64,000 nucleotides of DNA from Eledone cirrhosa (Eukaryota): the NCBI GenBank assembly GCA_964016885.1, contig OZ024754.1, forward strand, positions 7,502,001-7,566,000. Reading direction: 5' to 3'. The notes beneath the pieces were generated by a model that worked only from the letters and a program-made list of their open reading frames with translations, searched no databases and had not been told where the DNA came from. Positions 38,645 through 52,329 of this stretch are shown here, piece by piece; position 1 is the stretch's first letter; each line of letters begins with the position of its first letter. Position numbers and translations under genes: made by a program.

Positions 38645-38990
38645 ACATCTTAATCCTCACCAGAACTATTAACACAAAATAGTTTTCTCATTCGGACTCT
38701 ATAAAATTGGGCTTCATTTTCGTAACAAAAGAGACACGAACGAGAAACCCAGATTGAAAACGTGACTGATGAAACGTATTTCTTCTGATAAAACTGTCAA
38801 AGGATCATTTAACACCATAATTCTCACCAGAACTATTAACCCTATTTATTTTATCATAAGTCCTAAGGACTCTGTAAATTTCAGCTTCATTTTTCATAAG
38901 AGACACGAACGAGAAACTCCGATTGGAAATTTGACTAATGAAACGTACTTTCTTCAGATAAAGCTATCAAATGGACTGTACATCAAGTTA
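38645..38990. repeat. Old ~166-bp tandem duplication
   Basis: CTCACCAGAACTATTAAC, GGACTCT, GAGACACGAACGAGAAAC and TGAAACGTA each occur twice at ~166-bp spacing. Confidence 0.8.
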
Positions 38991-39511
38991 ACTCTTTCCC
39001 CTACTCATGAAATACTAAACAATGTTTAAGGTTAATCATTCATATGAGACATAGAACACTGAAGTTACTGAGTTGGAACAAAGAATAGATAATGATAAAA
39101 AATGTAACCATGGTTGACAAAGTCTTAAGTTGGTAGTTGAAGATAATTTCTGTCATATTGTTTACTTCTCAGTAACCTATTATCTATCGATCTACAAAAC
39201 CCCTGTAGCAGTATTCACAATCACTTCTCGTCATAAATACATTTACGTGTTAGCATAGTAAACATGTTTTCAAATTGTCAGCTTTGCTTGCAATTACACA
39301 CATAAATAGACACATAGAGATACGTACACATGCATACAGACAGATGAACTGACAAACAGATCTTGATATATGTATAAACATCTTATATATACCCACACAC
39401 ATATATATATGTAATATATATGTAATATATATATATATAATATATATATATAATATATATATATAATATATATATAATATATATTATATATATATATATT
39501 ATATATATATA

Positions 39512-39703
39512 TAATTGTTTCTACTTTTTGGCACAAGGCGACCAATTACCCAGTGTATTACTGGTACTTTATTTTATCGACCCCGTAAGGATGAAAGGCA
39601 AAGTTAACCTCGGCGGGATTTGAACTCAGAATGGCGAGGGCCGTAACTCAATGCATCAAAGCATGGCGTCCGACCCTCTACCGATACTACCAATCCACCG
39701 CCC
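39512..39703 (-). mobile_element. Deu/Nin SINE
   Basis: Near-consensus copy; further fragments at 39990-40185, after the gap. Confidence 0.9.
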
Positions 39704-39789
39704 TAATAATATATATATAATATATGTCTGTGTATATGTGTATATATAAAATGTCTATACATATATCAAGATCTGTTTGTCAGTCAATA

Positions 39790-39989
39790 NNNNNNNNNNN
39801 NNNNNNNNNNNNNNNNNNNNNNNNNNNNNNNNNNNNNNNNNNNNNNNNNNNNNNNNNNNNNNNNNNNNNNNNNNNNNNNNNNNNNNNNNNNNNNNNNNNN
39901 NNNNNNNNNNNNNNNNNNNNNNNNNNNNNNNNNNNNNNNNNNNNNNNNNNNNNNNNNNNNNNNNNNNNNNNNNNNNNNNNNNNNNNNNN
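39790..39989. other. Assembly gap (200 N)
   Basis: Run of N; contiguity across it is not guaranteed. Confidence 1.
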
Positions 39990-40949
39990 GGATTTGAACT
40001 CAAGTAGTGAAAGGTCGTAACTCTATGTTGCAAAGTCAACAATTTTTTATGGGGCGCGGATGTTGATTAAATCGACCCAGTGCATTACTGGTACTTTATT
40101 GACCTCATACGGATGAAAGGTTTAGCTAACCACGGCAGGATTTGAACTCAGATAGTAAACGGTAGTAACTCTGTGCTTCAAAGCCATCAGTTTTTTTTAA
40201 TTTAATTCAAACGTGTTTGTTTTGACTATCGGTCTGTTTCTCAGGTATTTCAGCAAAGAAACAGCCGTGTCATGAACTGAACAAGCAATTGCTGAGTATT
40301 CCACAGGCACGTGTGCCTTAAGCATAATTGTCAACTAGATTGAATGTGACATTGAATAAAAAGGGAGCTCCTTTTTATGAGCCGACTGGACATGAGCAAC
40401 CTGTGATAAAATATGTTGCTACTTGGCCAATAGGCGGCGGATTGACATAGTCGTCAGAACGTCGTATAGAAGTCTTTATGTTATTCATTCCGTATCTCTG
40501 CTCTCTGAGTTCAAATCCCACCGAGGTCATCTCTGCCATTCATCATTTCGAGGTCGATAAAAAAACAATAACAGTCTAGTACTGGGGTCAATTCTTCCTC
40601 TATATCTCTATCTCATTTCCTCTCTCTCACTTTCTATTTTTCTCTGAAAGAAATCTGTTGTGTTCAGGCCTGGAGAGAGATGGGCTCCACCAGATTTAAA
40701 ATGACCCCAGAAACGTCCTATATCAATATGGCGCCACAACGACTCTATCAGAAGTTACGGGACCATACGTACATTGCCAAAGGTTGAAACAATTTAGCTG
40801 AACCATATTGTTGTTTCAAGTAAATTAATGTCTTGTTCCTTTTAGTCTAAATCTCTTTCAATTTAATTCACTTAATCTACTTATGGTTGAAAATTACTTT
40901 ATTATAGGTTTCGTTTCATTATGGCTATGTGCGGTGGATTGGTAGTAAA

Positions 40950-41336
40950 GGGCGGTGGATTGTCAGTATCGGTAGAGGGTCGGACGCCATGATTTGCAGC
41001 AAGAGTTACGGTCTTTTATGGTCTGAGTTCAAATCCCGCCGAGGTTAACTTTGCCTGTCATCCTTATGGGGTTGATAAAATAAAGTACCAGTAATACACT
41101 GGTATAATTGCTGGCATTGTGCTAAAAGTAGAAACAATTATAAGGGCGCTGGATTGGCAGTATCGGTAGAGGGTCGGACGCCATGATTTGCAGCAAAGAG
41201 TTACGTCACTTTATGGTCTGATTTCAAATCTCGTCGAGGTTAACTTTGCTTTTCATCCTTGCGGGGTCGATGAAATAAAGTACCATTAATACACTGGGAT
41301 AATTGCTGGCCTTGTGCCAGAAGTAGAAACAATTAT
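40950..41336 (+). mobile_element. Two head-to-tail Deu/Nin SINEs
   Basis: 40950-41141 and 41143-41336. Confidence 0.9.
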
Positions 41337-41701
41337 GACTATGTCTGGATTAACCCAGGGAGGGAATCGATTTCATAGCCTGAAGATATTGAACTGAACA
41401 TGTTAACCTGTAAGCTACGTACTTTACAACTAGAAACACACAATACCAGACAGGTACAGCAACATATTTCTATTTTTGCTGCAGCAACTCCCCCGCCAGT
41501 TTGCTGCATAAGAATATAATTATTGCTCAAATATATATTTCTGACAGTGATGGAAAGCCACAAAATTACAATATTTAATTTTCTATAGATTTATTCGAAT
41601 ATTCAGTTCACTTCAAGCTGTTATCATTTAAATTGTAACTGCATACATGTATGTATGTATGTATGTATGTATGTATGTATGTATGTATGTATGTATGTAT
41701 G

Positions 41702-42009
41702 CTTCTTTTTGGTAGATATCATCTTGGTTAAGAGAATGGGACTGGCTTTGTGGAGTGCCTTTGCTCACTATAAAAGCTTCACGGCACAGGCATTGCTTTA
41801 TATCTGGAGATCTCTCTGCACTTGTCATCACATGGTACCATGGGCCCTGCACTATGTGTCAATAATTGTCACAAGTGTAGTGTTTGTACCAGAGTTTTCA
41901 AGTCACTGGCTGGACTAAAAAGTCACACTTGTTCAGCGCATCGGTAGGGGTTCTCCTACATGGATATGAAGTAGTGGCCGTACTCGAAAACGAGTTGGCA
42001 GCCACCATT
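41702..42009 (+). mobile_element. 5'-truncated copy of the 12797-13198 retroposon, in (TATG)n
   Basis: High identity to the reverse complement of 12797-13105; flanked by TATG repeats on both sides. Confidence 0.7.
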
Positions 42010-42024
42010 GTATGTATGTATGTA

Positions 42025-42071
<47 letters not shown>

Positions 42072-42095
42072 ATGTATGTATGTATGTATGTATGT

Positions 42096-42375
42096 GTGTT
42101 ATCTCTTTCTCTTAATTTCGAGTATATATTTTTGACCGGCCACCTTCCTGGTGGCAAGGTTGTAAAAGAAAAGAAAGTGTCATCCCTTGAATCGCAAGAA
42201 TGTTTTGCAAATTTTGAAGGTGCCAGCTCTCGCAGCCATTTGTAGATTATGAATTAGGGAGCTGCGCTCTTTGTCCGCATATCCAAGTTCAGTTATACTT
42301 TGGTCCAAACAGGTTGGTATATAACCCGTAGCTCCAATAATTATGGGTAGGAAGCTAAAGGTGTATCTTGGATAT
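42096..42375 (-). mobile_element. 5'-truncated R4/Dong-clade element (ORF end plus 3' UTR) in (TATG)n
   Basis: FSFLPIIIGATGYIP..L....LG.......LQMAARAGTFKICKTFL* is a typical RLE C-terminus. About 85 nt of 3' UTR follow, and both junctions are in TACA/TATG repeats. Confidence 0.75.
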
Positions 42376-43236
42376 GTACGTACGTACGTATGTATGTATG
42401 TATGTAGGTATGTATGTATGTATAAGCCACGTTCGATCGCAGCGCTGTTAGTTGCTATCGTGTGAGTGTGTATAGATATGTTTGTGTGTGTGCGTGTGAG
42501 TATGTATATATATATATATATATATATATTATTATTGTTGTTAATATATATATATACATATATATATTTTTTTTTTTTTCGTACAATGGCCATACTCGAT
42601 AACGAAGGGGCATCCATCATGTATGTATGTATGCATGTATGTATGTGTGTATGTATTTATATATGTGTATCTTTTTATATATGTATGTATGTGCGTGTAT
42701 CTGTATGTATGCGTATGTATGTATATATCTATGTATGTGTGTATATATCTATGTATGTGTGTGTATCTACGTATCTACGTGCGTATGTATGTATCTATAT
42801 ATATATATGTATGTGTATGTTTATATGTATGTATCTACGTATCTAATTGTGTATGTATGTTTGCATATATGTATCTATGTATGTATGTACGCACCTATCA
42901 TACGTATGTATGTGCTAATGTATGTATATATGTATAGTAATGCCCAATGGTAAAAGTACAAACCAATCAATTATATATTGTCCCGCTTTCCACACGCCCG
43001 TTCGATCAGTTCGATCATTCCCTACGACAGGGAGGATTTTCAATAAAGTACTTATAATTATTTTAGCGAATCTGAAGGGATGAGTCATGAAGAGATAGAT
43101 CGATAGAAGTAGAAACTAAATAATTGCATATACTATTGTGGTCAACATATTGATTCTTTTTATATCCTAGGGAGTGTGTTCTGTTATTATTTCTGGGAAT
43201 ATCATTACAACAATATGACCCTCTCCAAGTATAACA

Positions 43237-43338
<102 letters not shown>

Positions 43339-43787
43339 GGTAGGTTTTCTTTTAGTTTAATTCCACCAACTTTACTTCACATCGCTTTGTCATACGTTGT
43401 CGAAGGTACCACACAGTGGGCCGGATTCTGAAACCTAGTGGTTGCATACCAAACTCATTAACCACCCATCCATAATTTTCTCTAGAAATTCCACTACAAT
43501 ACGAGTGGTAATGGAGAATCTCTGTATTGGAAGAGCAGCTGGCATATAGAACATATTCTATTTAGGAATTAATCATTTCCATCGCATTGTTCTAAGATCG
43601 CCTACCATATTATTGATTTGGTTAATTGATTTCAGATCAGCTGTGCCATTTTCCAACTGACAATATCTATTATAATCGGTTTATAGCAATTGTTATTCAT
43701 AAATATATATATGTTACAAAATATGATTAATCTTCACACATATTAATTACGTTGATATATATATTTTTTATGTGTTTGTGTATATAA

Positions 43788-43849
<62 letters not shown>

Positions 43850-44042
43850 GAACAATTAAGGACCCCGGTGGCTGAGCTCCTGCCTTTTAAAAAACTAGAT
43901 TTAAAAAATAAATAAACGTGGGGGTAGGGGAGGGGCGAGAATTCGAGACGCTCGACTAGTTTATGATTATGAAATATCAGTTATGTAAAGCAACAGTTTA
44001 GTCTGATATACGAACTATAGAAGCAGTGCACCGCATGCAATA

Positions 44043-44236
44043 CAGACCTGCCAACCTCAAAAATCCAAACGGGGAGTACAATGAAAAAAGGGGCACCAAT
44101 GCGGGGAGAAATGAAGCAAAGTAGGAAGATTTTACGTAATGAAAGCTATACCCATTTTTACAAGAGAATACATCTCTTACGCACTCAACCAAAACGGGCA
44201 GATCTCACCGTCGGACGAGGAGAGTTGACAGGTCGG
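44043..44236. mobile_element. MITE with 5-6-bp TSD (hAT-like TIR)
   Basis: TIRs CAGACCTGCCAAC / GTTGACAGGTCGG; flanks GCAATA / GCAATG. Confidence 0.65.
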
Positions 44237-45490
44237 GCAATGTGACCTTTCTCTCGCCGTTGTTATCTGCGACTTCACATCTTTAACTGTATATATTCAG
44301 TTTAAGCATTCTGTCTGACACCATAACTGTGTCTTGTCAAAATCTATAACTGTGTATTTTCAAATAAAGTCTCACACGTTCAGCTAAACAGACTTGATAT
44401 TTCTTCAGAAGCTGTGGTGAAAACATCTACACAACTGTTGGTAAAAACGTGTTATCTGTAGATACTACCAAATACTCATTCTCTCCTATATACACATATA
44501 TACACCAGGTCCGAACAAGAAAGAACCAAACTCCTAAAATATATTTACACCAGGTCCAAACACGAAAGAACCAAACTCCAACTGTCTCTGCCTCCATCTC
44601 CCCCGTTCTCCCTATATTTCACTATTGTGAGCAAATAGGGTCTCATGCGCTGGCCGCCTCGCGGGGCCCAGTGTACAGGCTAGAGAGACGCACACTCTTA
44701 TAATGTCTTGTCAACAGGGAAAAAATATAATAGTAACACCATTAACAAAGTTTTTTGTGGTTGACAATGATCTAAACTCATTTAAATAAATTAAATTAAA
44801 TTAAAATGAAATGAAATTAACAAATGTATGAAATCGCTTCACAACCTGTTATAATCAGAGAAATTTAATTCGATAATTGAATTGTTTTGTATTATTCTGA
44901 AACGGCACTAAATAAATTTCAATGTATGAATAAACATTGGTTTTACGAAGCGTTGAGGGAAGTTAAATTTTTAAAAGTATGTTAGCTTATTTTAAGCATG
45001 TTTAACTTTTATAAGACCGAAAAATCTGAGAATAAAATCCTCTAGATACAGAAAATGGAACGACGCACATCTATCTATTTTTCTGTCCCAATGGACTTAT
45101 TTAAATAAATTCTAATTTTATTTTTAAGGTGATAAATACCGTGAAGCATTATACAGTGGTAATTTAGCAGAAATGTTTTACACCAATAGTTGCAAGGTTT
45201 TATACATTTTCTTTCTGTCTGCCTCGCGCCAAAACTTCCACCAACCACCTCTCCCAGTCCTTTTTCCTCAATCCCACAATTCATCTATATCTTACACTCA
45301 CTGCGATTACCTCCATCTTTACTTCCTGACCTGCTAAATAATTTTTCACACCGTGTCCACTTCCCCTAGCCATTCATCGAAACATATTCTCTCCCACGAT
45401 GTCATGAAATGAAAGGTCAGTTTATTTGATTTATTCCTTACAGTAACCACATCGTCAGTTATCGTTATGTTATTTTTGTTTTCAGATATA

Positions 45491-45703
45491 GGGATAAAGA
45501 TTAATATAATTATTATATTAATACATATAATTGATTTAAGGTTTATTTTTACTTTATTGATTTTTATTATATAAAATGATTTTATAAATATATTTATAAG
45601 AAGGTTTAAATAAAAATATAAACAAATAAGTGTAGAGGTAAGTAATATTAAAGGTAAAATTAATATGTTTATAGATAATAGTATATTTAAGATTATTAGT
45701 TTT
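45491..45703 (-). pseudogene. nad2: NUMT: mitochondrial ND2 C-terminal fragment
   Basis: The minus strand is stop-free in the invertebrate mitochondrial code: KLMILNMLLSMNMLILPLMLLTSTLICLYFYLNLLMNMFMKSFY...IFIP. This matches the ND2 K-L-x-I-L ... LYFYL C-terminal pattern, with ATA/TTA-rich codons. Confidence 0.85.
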
Positions 45704-46150
45704 CAGATATATGGTAAGTTTTTGGTTTTCAGATGTAATATATCTGGAATTATATTATAAAATGTACCTCTCTGTATTTTATAAAAAATATGTTCTGATA
45801 GAAGAAAGTTTAGACTATTATTTTAAATCGATACAGCGTTCCTGCAATGAGATTCACAAATATAAACTCTTCGTTTCCAGATGTAATGTACCTAAACCTA
45901 CAATATCAGACATGTTTATGTAGATTTTATAAGAGGAGGGTGTGCTATAAAATATATTAGGCTACAATTTCTGGTTGGTACAACAAACATTTATTTATGC
46001 GTTGACTAGTTTGTGTTATCATTATTGTTTCTCCCCCCCCCCCTTATTATGACTATCATCATCATCGTTATAAATCCTATCACCATTATAATTATCACCA
46101 TTATTGCTATCATTATCATCGCTATTACTATTATTATTATTATTATTATT

Positions 46151-46336
46151 ATTGGCAGTATCAGTAGAGGGTCGGACGCTATGCTTTGCAACAAAGAGTT
46201 ACGGCCCCTTATGGTGTGAGTTCAAATCCCGCCGAGGTTAACTTTGCCTTTCATCCTTACGGGGTCGATAAAATAAAGTACCAGTAATGTACTGGGTAAT
46301 TACTGGCCTTGTGCCAAAGGTAGAAACAATTATTAT
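46151..46336 (+). mobile_element. Deu/Nin SINE
   Basis: Consensus copy following (TAT)n. Confidence 0.9.
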
Positions 46337-46613
46337 ACTTTCGTCGGAAGTCTGCCAAGCTATTCCTGCCTTAATATGTTGATTGTCTCGGTGTTCCAGC
46401 CGACAGGAGCGCTTTATAATTAAGTGCTCTGAACCATGTATAATTCAAATATCTTGATATTTCAGTCATGCAAACTAACGTTGTTGTGTAGGGCACGAAC
46501 TATCGGATCACTAATCCATAAGTAATGTATTTTTTCTATTGACGTTATCCACAAGTTAACAACTGTGACTAAATATTCAAATACAACATTGTCAAAAACC
46601 AAGGCGATGTCTA

Positions 46614-49600
46614 GTGAACACCTATGTATATATTTAATTTAATAGTGAATTAGACATCCTAACTGTGTCAACACCTACAAATGTATATATTTAATTTAAT
46701 AGTGAATCAGACATCCTAACTGTGTCAACACCTACAAATGTATATATTTAATTTAATAGTGAATCAGACATCCTAACTGTGTCAACACCTACAAATGTAT
46801 ATATTCAATTTAATAGTGAATTAGACATCCTAACTGTGTCAACACCTACAAATGTATATATTTAATTTAATAGTGAATTAGACATCCTAACTGTGTCAAC
46901 ACCTACAAATGTATATATTCAATTTAATAGTGAATTAGACATCCTAACTGTGTCAACACCTACAAATGTATATATTTAATTTAATAGTGAATTAGACATC
47001 CTAACTGTGTCAACACCTACAAATGTATATATTTAATTTAATAGTGAATCAGACATCATAACTGTGTCAACACCTACAAATGTATATATTCAATTTAATA
47101 GTGAATCAGACATCCTAACTGTGTCAACACCTACAAATGTATATATTTAATTTAATAGTGAATCAGACATCATAACTGTGTCAACACCTACAGATGTATA
47201 TATTTGATTTAATAGTGAATCAGACATCATAACTGTGTCAACACCTACAAATGTATATATTCAATTTAATAGTGAATCAGACATCCTAACTGTGTCAACA
47301 CCTACAAATGTATATATTTAATCTAATAGTGAATCAGACATCCTAACTGTGTCAACGCCTACAGCTGTATATATTTAATTTAATAGTGAATTAGACATCC
47401 TAACTGTGTCAACACCTACAAATGTATATATTCAATTTAATAGTGAATCAGACATCCTAACTGTGTCAACACCTACATCTGTATATATTCAATTTAATAG
47501 TGAATCAGACATCCTAACTGTGTCAACACCTACAAATGTATATATTCAATTTAATAGTGAATCAGACATCCTAACTGTGTCAACACCTACATCTGTATAT
47601 ATTCAATTTAATAGTGAATCAGACATCCTAACTGTGTCAACACCTACAAATGTATATATTCAATTTAATAGTGAATCAGACATCCTAACTGTGTCAACAC
47701 CTACAAATGTATATATTCAATTTAATAGTGAATTAGACATCCTAACTGTGTCAACACCTACAAATGTATATATTCAATTTAATAGTGAATCAGACATCCT
47801 AACTGTGTCAACACCTACATCTGTATATATTCAATTTAATAGTGAATCAGACATCCTAACTGTGTCAACACCTACAAATGTATATATTCAATTTAATAGT
47901 GAATTAGACATCCTAACTGTGTCAACACCTACAAATGTATATATTCAATTTAATAGTGAATCAGACATCCTAACTGTGTCAACACCTACAAATGTATATA
48001 TTTAATTTAATAGTGAATTAGACATCCTAACTGTGTCAACGCCTACAGCTGTATATATTTAATTTAATAGTGAATTAGACATCCTAACTGTGTCAACACC
48101 TACAAATGTATATATTCAATTTAATAGTGAATCAGACATCCTAACTGTGTCAACACCTACATCTGTATATATTCAATTTAATAGTGAATCAGACATCCTA
48201 ACTGTGTCAACACCTACAAATGTATATATTCAATTTAATAGTGAATCAGACATCCTAACTGTGTCAACACCTACAAATGTATATATTCAATTTAATAGTG
48301 AATCAGACATCCTAACTGTGTCAACACCTACATCTGTATATATTCAATTTAATAGTGAATCAGACATCCTAACTGTGTCAACACCTACATCTGTATATAT
48401 TCAATTTAATAGTGAATCAGACATCCTAACTGTGTCAACACCTACAAATGTATATATTCAATTTAATAGTGAATTAGACATCCTAACTGTGTCAACACCT
48501 ACAAATGTATATATTCAATTTAATAGTGAATCAGACATCCTAACTGTGTCAACACCTACATCTGTATATATTCAATTTAATAGTGAATCAGACATCCTAA
48601 CTGTGTCAACACCTACATCTGTATATATTCAATTTAATAGTGAATTAGACATCCTAACTGTGTCAACACCTACAAATGTATATATTCAATTTAATAGTGA
48701 ATCAGACATCCTAACTGTGTCAACACCTACATCTGTATATATTCAATTTAATAGTGAATCAGACATCCTAACTGTGTCAACACCTACATCTGTATATATT
48801 CAATTTAATAGTGAATCAGACATCCTAACTGTGTCAACACCTACATCTGTATATATTCAATTTAATAGTGAATCAGACATCCTAACTGTGTCAACACCTA
48901 CAAATGTATATATTCAATTTAATAGTGAATTAGACATCCTAACTGTGTCAACACCTACAAATGTATATATTCAATTTAATAGTGAATCAGACATCCTAAC
49001 TGTGTCAACACCTACATCTGTATATATTCAATTTAATAGTGAATCAGACATCCTAACTGTGTCAACACCTACAAATGTATATATTCAATTTAATAGTGAA
49101 TTAGACATCCTAACTGTGTCAACACCTACAAATGTATATATTCAATTTAATAGTGAATCAGACATCCTAACTGTGTCAACACCTACAAATGTATATATTC
49201 AATTTAATAGTGAATCAGACATCCTAACTGTGTCAACACCTACAAATGTATATATTTAATTTAATAGTGAATCAGACATCCTAACTGTGTCAACACCAAC
49301 ATCTGTATATATTCAATTTAATAGTGAATCAGACATCCTAACTGTGTCAACACCTACAAATGTATATATTTAATTTAATAGTGAATCAGACATCCTAACT
49401 GTGTCAACACCTACATCTGTATATATTCAATTTAATAGTGAATCAGACATCCTAACTGTGTCAACACCTACAAATGTATATATTTAATTTAATAGTGAAT
49501 TAGACATCCTAACTGTGTCAACACCTACAAATGTATATATTCAATTTAATAGTGAATCAGACATCCTAACTGTGTCAACACCTACAAATGTATATATTCA

Positions 49601-50690
49601 ATTTAATAGTGAATCAGACATCCTAACTGTGTCAACACCTACATCTGTATATATTCAATTTAATAGTGAATCAGACATCCTAACTGTGTCAACACCTACA
49701 TCTGTATATATTCAATTTAATAGTGAATTAGACATCCTAACTGTGTCAACACCTACAAATGTATATATTCAATTTAATAGTGAATCAGACATCCTAACTG
49801 TGTCAACACCTACATCTGTATATATTCAATTTAATAGTGAATTAGACATCCTAACTGTGTCAACACCTACAAATGTATATATTCAATTTAATAGTGAATC
49901 AGACATCCTAACTGTGTCAACACCTACAAATGTATATATTCAATTTAATAGTGAATCAGACATCCTAACTGTGTCAACACCTACAAATGTATATATTTAA
50001 TTTAATAGTGAATCAGACATCCTAACTGTGTCAACACCTACATCTGTATATATTCAATTTAATAGTGAATCAGACATCCTAACTGTGTCAACACCTACAA
50101 ATGTATATATTCAATTTAATAGTGAATCAGACATCCTAACTGTGTCAACACCTACAAATGTATATATTCAATTTAATAGTGAATCAGACATCCTAACTGT
50201 GTCAACACCTACAAATGTATATATTTAATTTAATAGTGAATTAGACATCCTAACTGTGTCAACACCTACAAATGTATATATTCAATTTAATAGTGAATTA
50301 GACATCCTAACTGTGTCAACACCTACAAATGTATATATTTAATCTAATAGTGAATTAGACATCCTAACTGTGTCAACACCTACATCTGTATATATTTAAT
50401 TTAATAGTGAATTAGACATCCTAACTGTGTCAACACCTACAAATGTATATATTCAATTTAATAGTGAATCAGACATCCTAACTGTGTCAACACCTACATC
50501 TGTATATATTTAATTTAGAGTGAATCAGACATCATAACTGTGTCAACACCTTCAATTGTATATATTTAATCTAATAGTGAATCAGACATCCTAACTGTGT
50601 CAACGCCTACAGCTGTATATATTTAATTTAAAGGGAATCGGACATCCGAACTATGTCTTGTCAACACCTGCAACTATATATATTTAACTA
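46614..50690. repeat. 57-bp minisatellite, ~71 copies
   Basis: Unit GTGTCAACACCTAC(AAA/ATC)TGTATATATT(C/T)AATTTAATAGTGAAT(C/T)AGACATCCTAACT; edges are diverged. Confidence 0.97.
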
Positions 50691-51824
50691 AAGAAGTTCG
50701 TCAAACATCGTAAACGTTTTGTCGTCAGGGAAGAAATATATTGAGAAAATCATTAACTCATATTTCAGTCGCGAATAAACTTTAATCACTTAAGTAAAAT
50801 GAGATAAAATTAAATAAATAATATTTTAAATCGTTTCACAAACTGTCATAATTAAGAAAATATAATTCAACAATTGAATTATTTTGCAACAAAAAAGAGC
50901 GAGACAATAAATAAATATCAATTAAATATATAATTAGATAAATAAATGAAAATATTGAAAACAAAGTAAATATTTACAATAAAACTATAGTGTCAATTAA
51001 ACTGAAATGTGTAATACCATAATTTTTTCATAAATAACAGGAAATGTTTTAAATGATGAGCAAGTTATATAACGTGATGAGAATAATTAACTAACATGTG
51101 AAGAACATTTATTGACGGTTATAGGCGGTGAATTAGCCGCCGTTAGAACGTCGGATAGAATGATTTTATGGTATTCGTTCCGGCCCTCTTCTCTCCGAGT
51201 TCAAATCCCGATGAGGTCACCTTTGCCTTTCATCCTTTCGAGGTCGATAAAAAGTACCAGTCAAGTACTGGGGTCAATTCTTCCTCTATATCTCTTTCTC
51301 ATTTCCTCTCTCTCACTTTCTATCTCTCACTTTCTATCTTTCTCTGGAAGACATCTGCTGTACCTAGGCCTGGAGAGGAATGAGTTCCGCCATGCTTAAA
51401 TTGCCCAAGAAACGCCGTATGTCAATACGCCACCCCTACAACTTTATCAGGAGTTACGGAACCATACAATAATAATGGATGGGGTCGAATAATCTGGGCA
51501 TTGGCATAAGCGGGTATGTTGGAATAATCGGGGGAAATCGGTAATAGAGTTGCAACCGATAGATAGTATTAACAATTGGAAAGACCAAAGGAAACATTGT
51601 TTCCTCGGTCAGATTTGTCGAGCTCCACCACACTCGTTAAGCGAATGAGGTCAACAAACTTGTATATAGGTTAGGTAAGCAGGAAATGTTTAACTGAAAA
51701 TAGCGTTTAATGGAAGTCTATGAGGAACTGAATGGAAGACTAGGAAAAATAAATGAATTGTCCAAAATTAGAACTTAACATAGAATCTCATCTAAGCAAA
51801 TAATTGATTAATACAACTCATTAA

Positions 51825-52019
51825 AGGGCGGTGGATTGGCAGTACCGGTAGAGGGTCGGACGCCATGCTTTGACGGATATAGTTACGGCCCTTGCCATTC
51901 TGAGTCCAAATCCCGTCTAGGTTAACTTTGCCTTTCATCCTTACGGTGTCGATAAAATAAAGTACCAGTAATGCACTGAGTATTTGCTGGCCTTGTGCCA
52001 AAAAGTAGAAACAATTATT
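51825..52019 (+). mobile_element. Deu/Nin SINE
   Basis: Full consensus copy. Confidence 0.9.
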
Positions 52020-52329
52020 GAGATAAATATAAGCATGAAATTAACAATGTAATTTTTTGTTTCATTTTCAACAATGTTAGATAAAAATAAAATAAATGGT
52101 AACAATTTACCAAGAATTTACCAAAGCAATTAGTATTATTAGTGGCAATTAATTACATAGACAATTTCTTATAGGAAATAAATTGTGTAGTTGTTTCTAT
52201 TATTAGAAATAAATCTAAATAATAGCGTTTTAAATAGAAAAACAGACGAGTTCTATATAAAAAAAATTACCAGTTCTATACATAAAATTAAACAAAACAA
52301 AACACACACATAATAAAATGAAAAGACTA

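Noticed and set aside
41379-41409. Candidate exon 3 (AG|PEDIELNMLT|GTAAGC)
   Set aside because: Weak polypyrimidine tract, no homology support, and it lies beyond an assembly gap.
47406-50228. Long ORFs (up to 389 aa) of repeated STPTNVYIQFNSESDILTV
   Set aside because: Translation of a 57-bp minisatellite. A C/T variant freely creates TAA stops, starts are GTG, and there are no splice signals.
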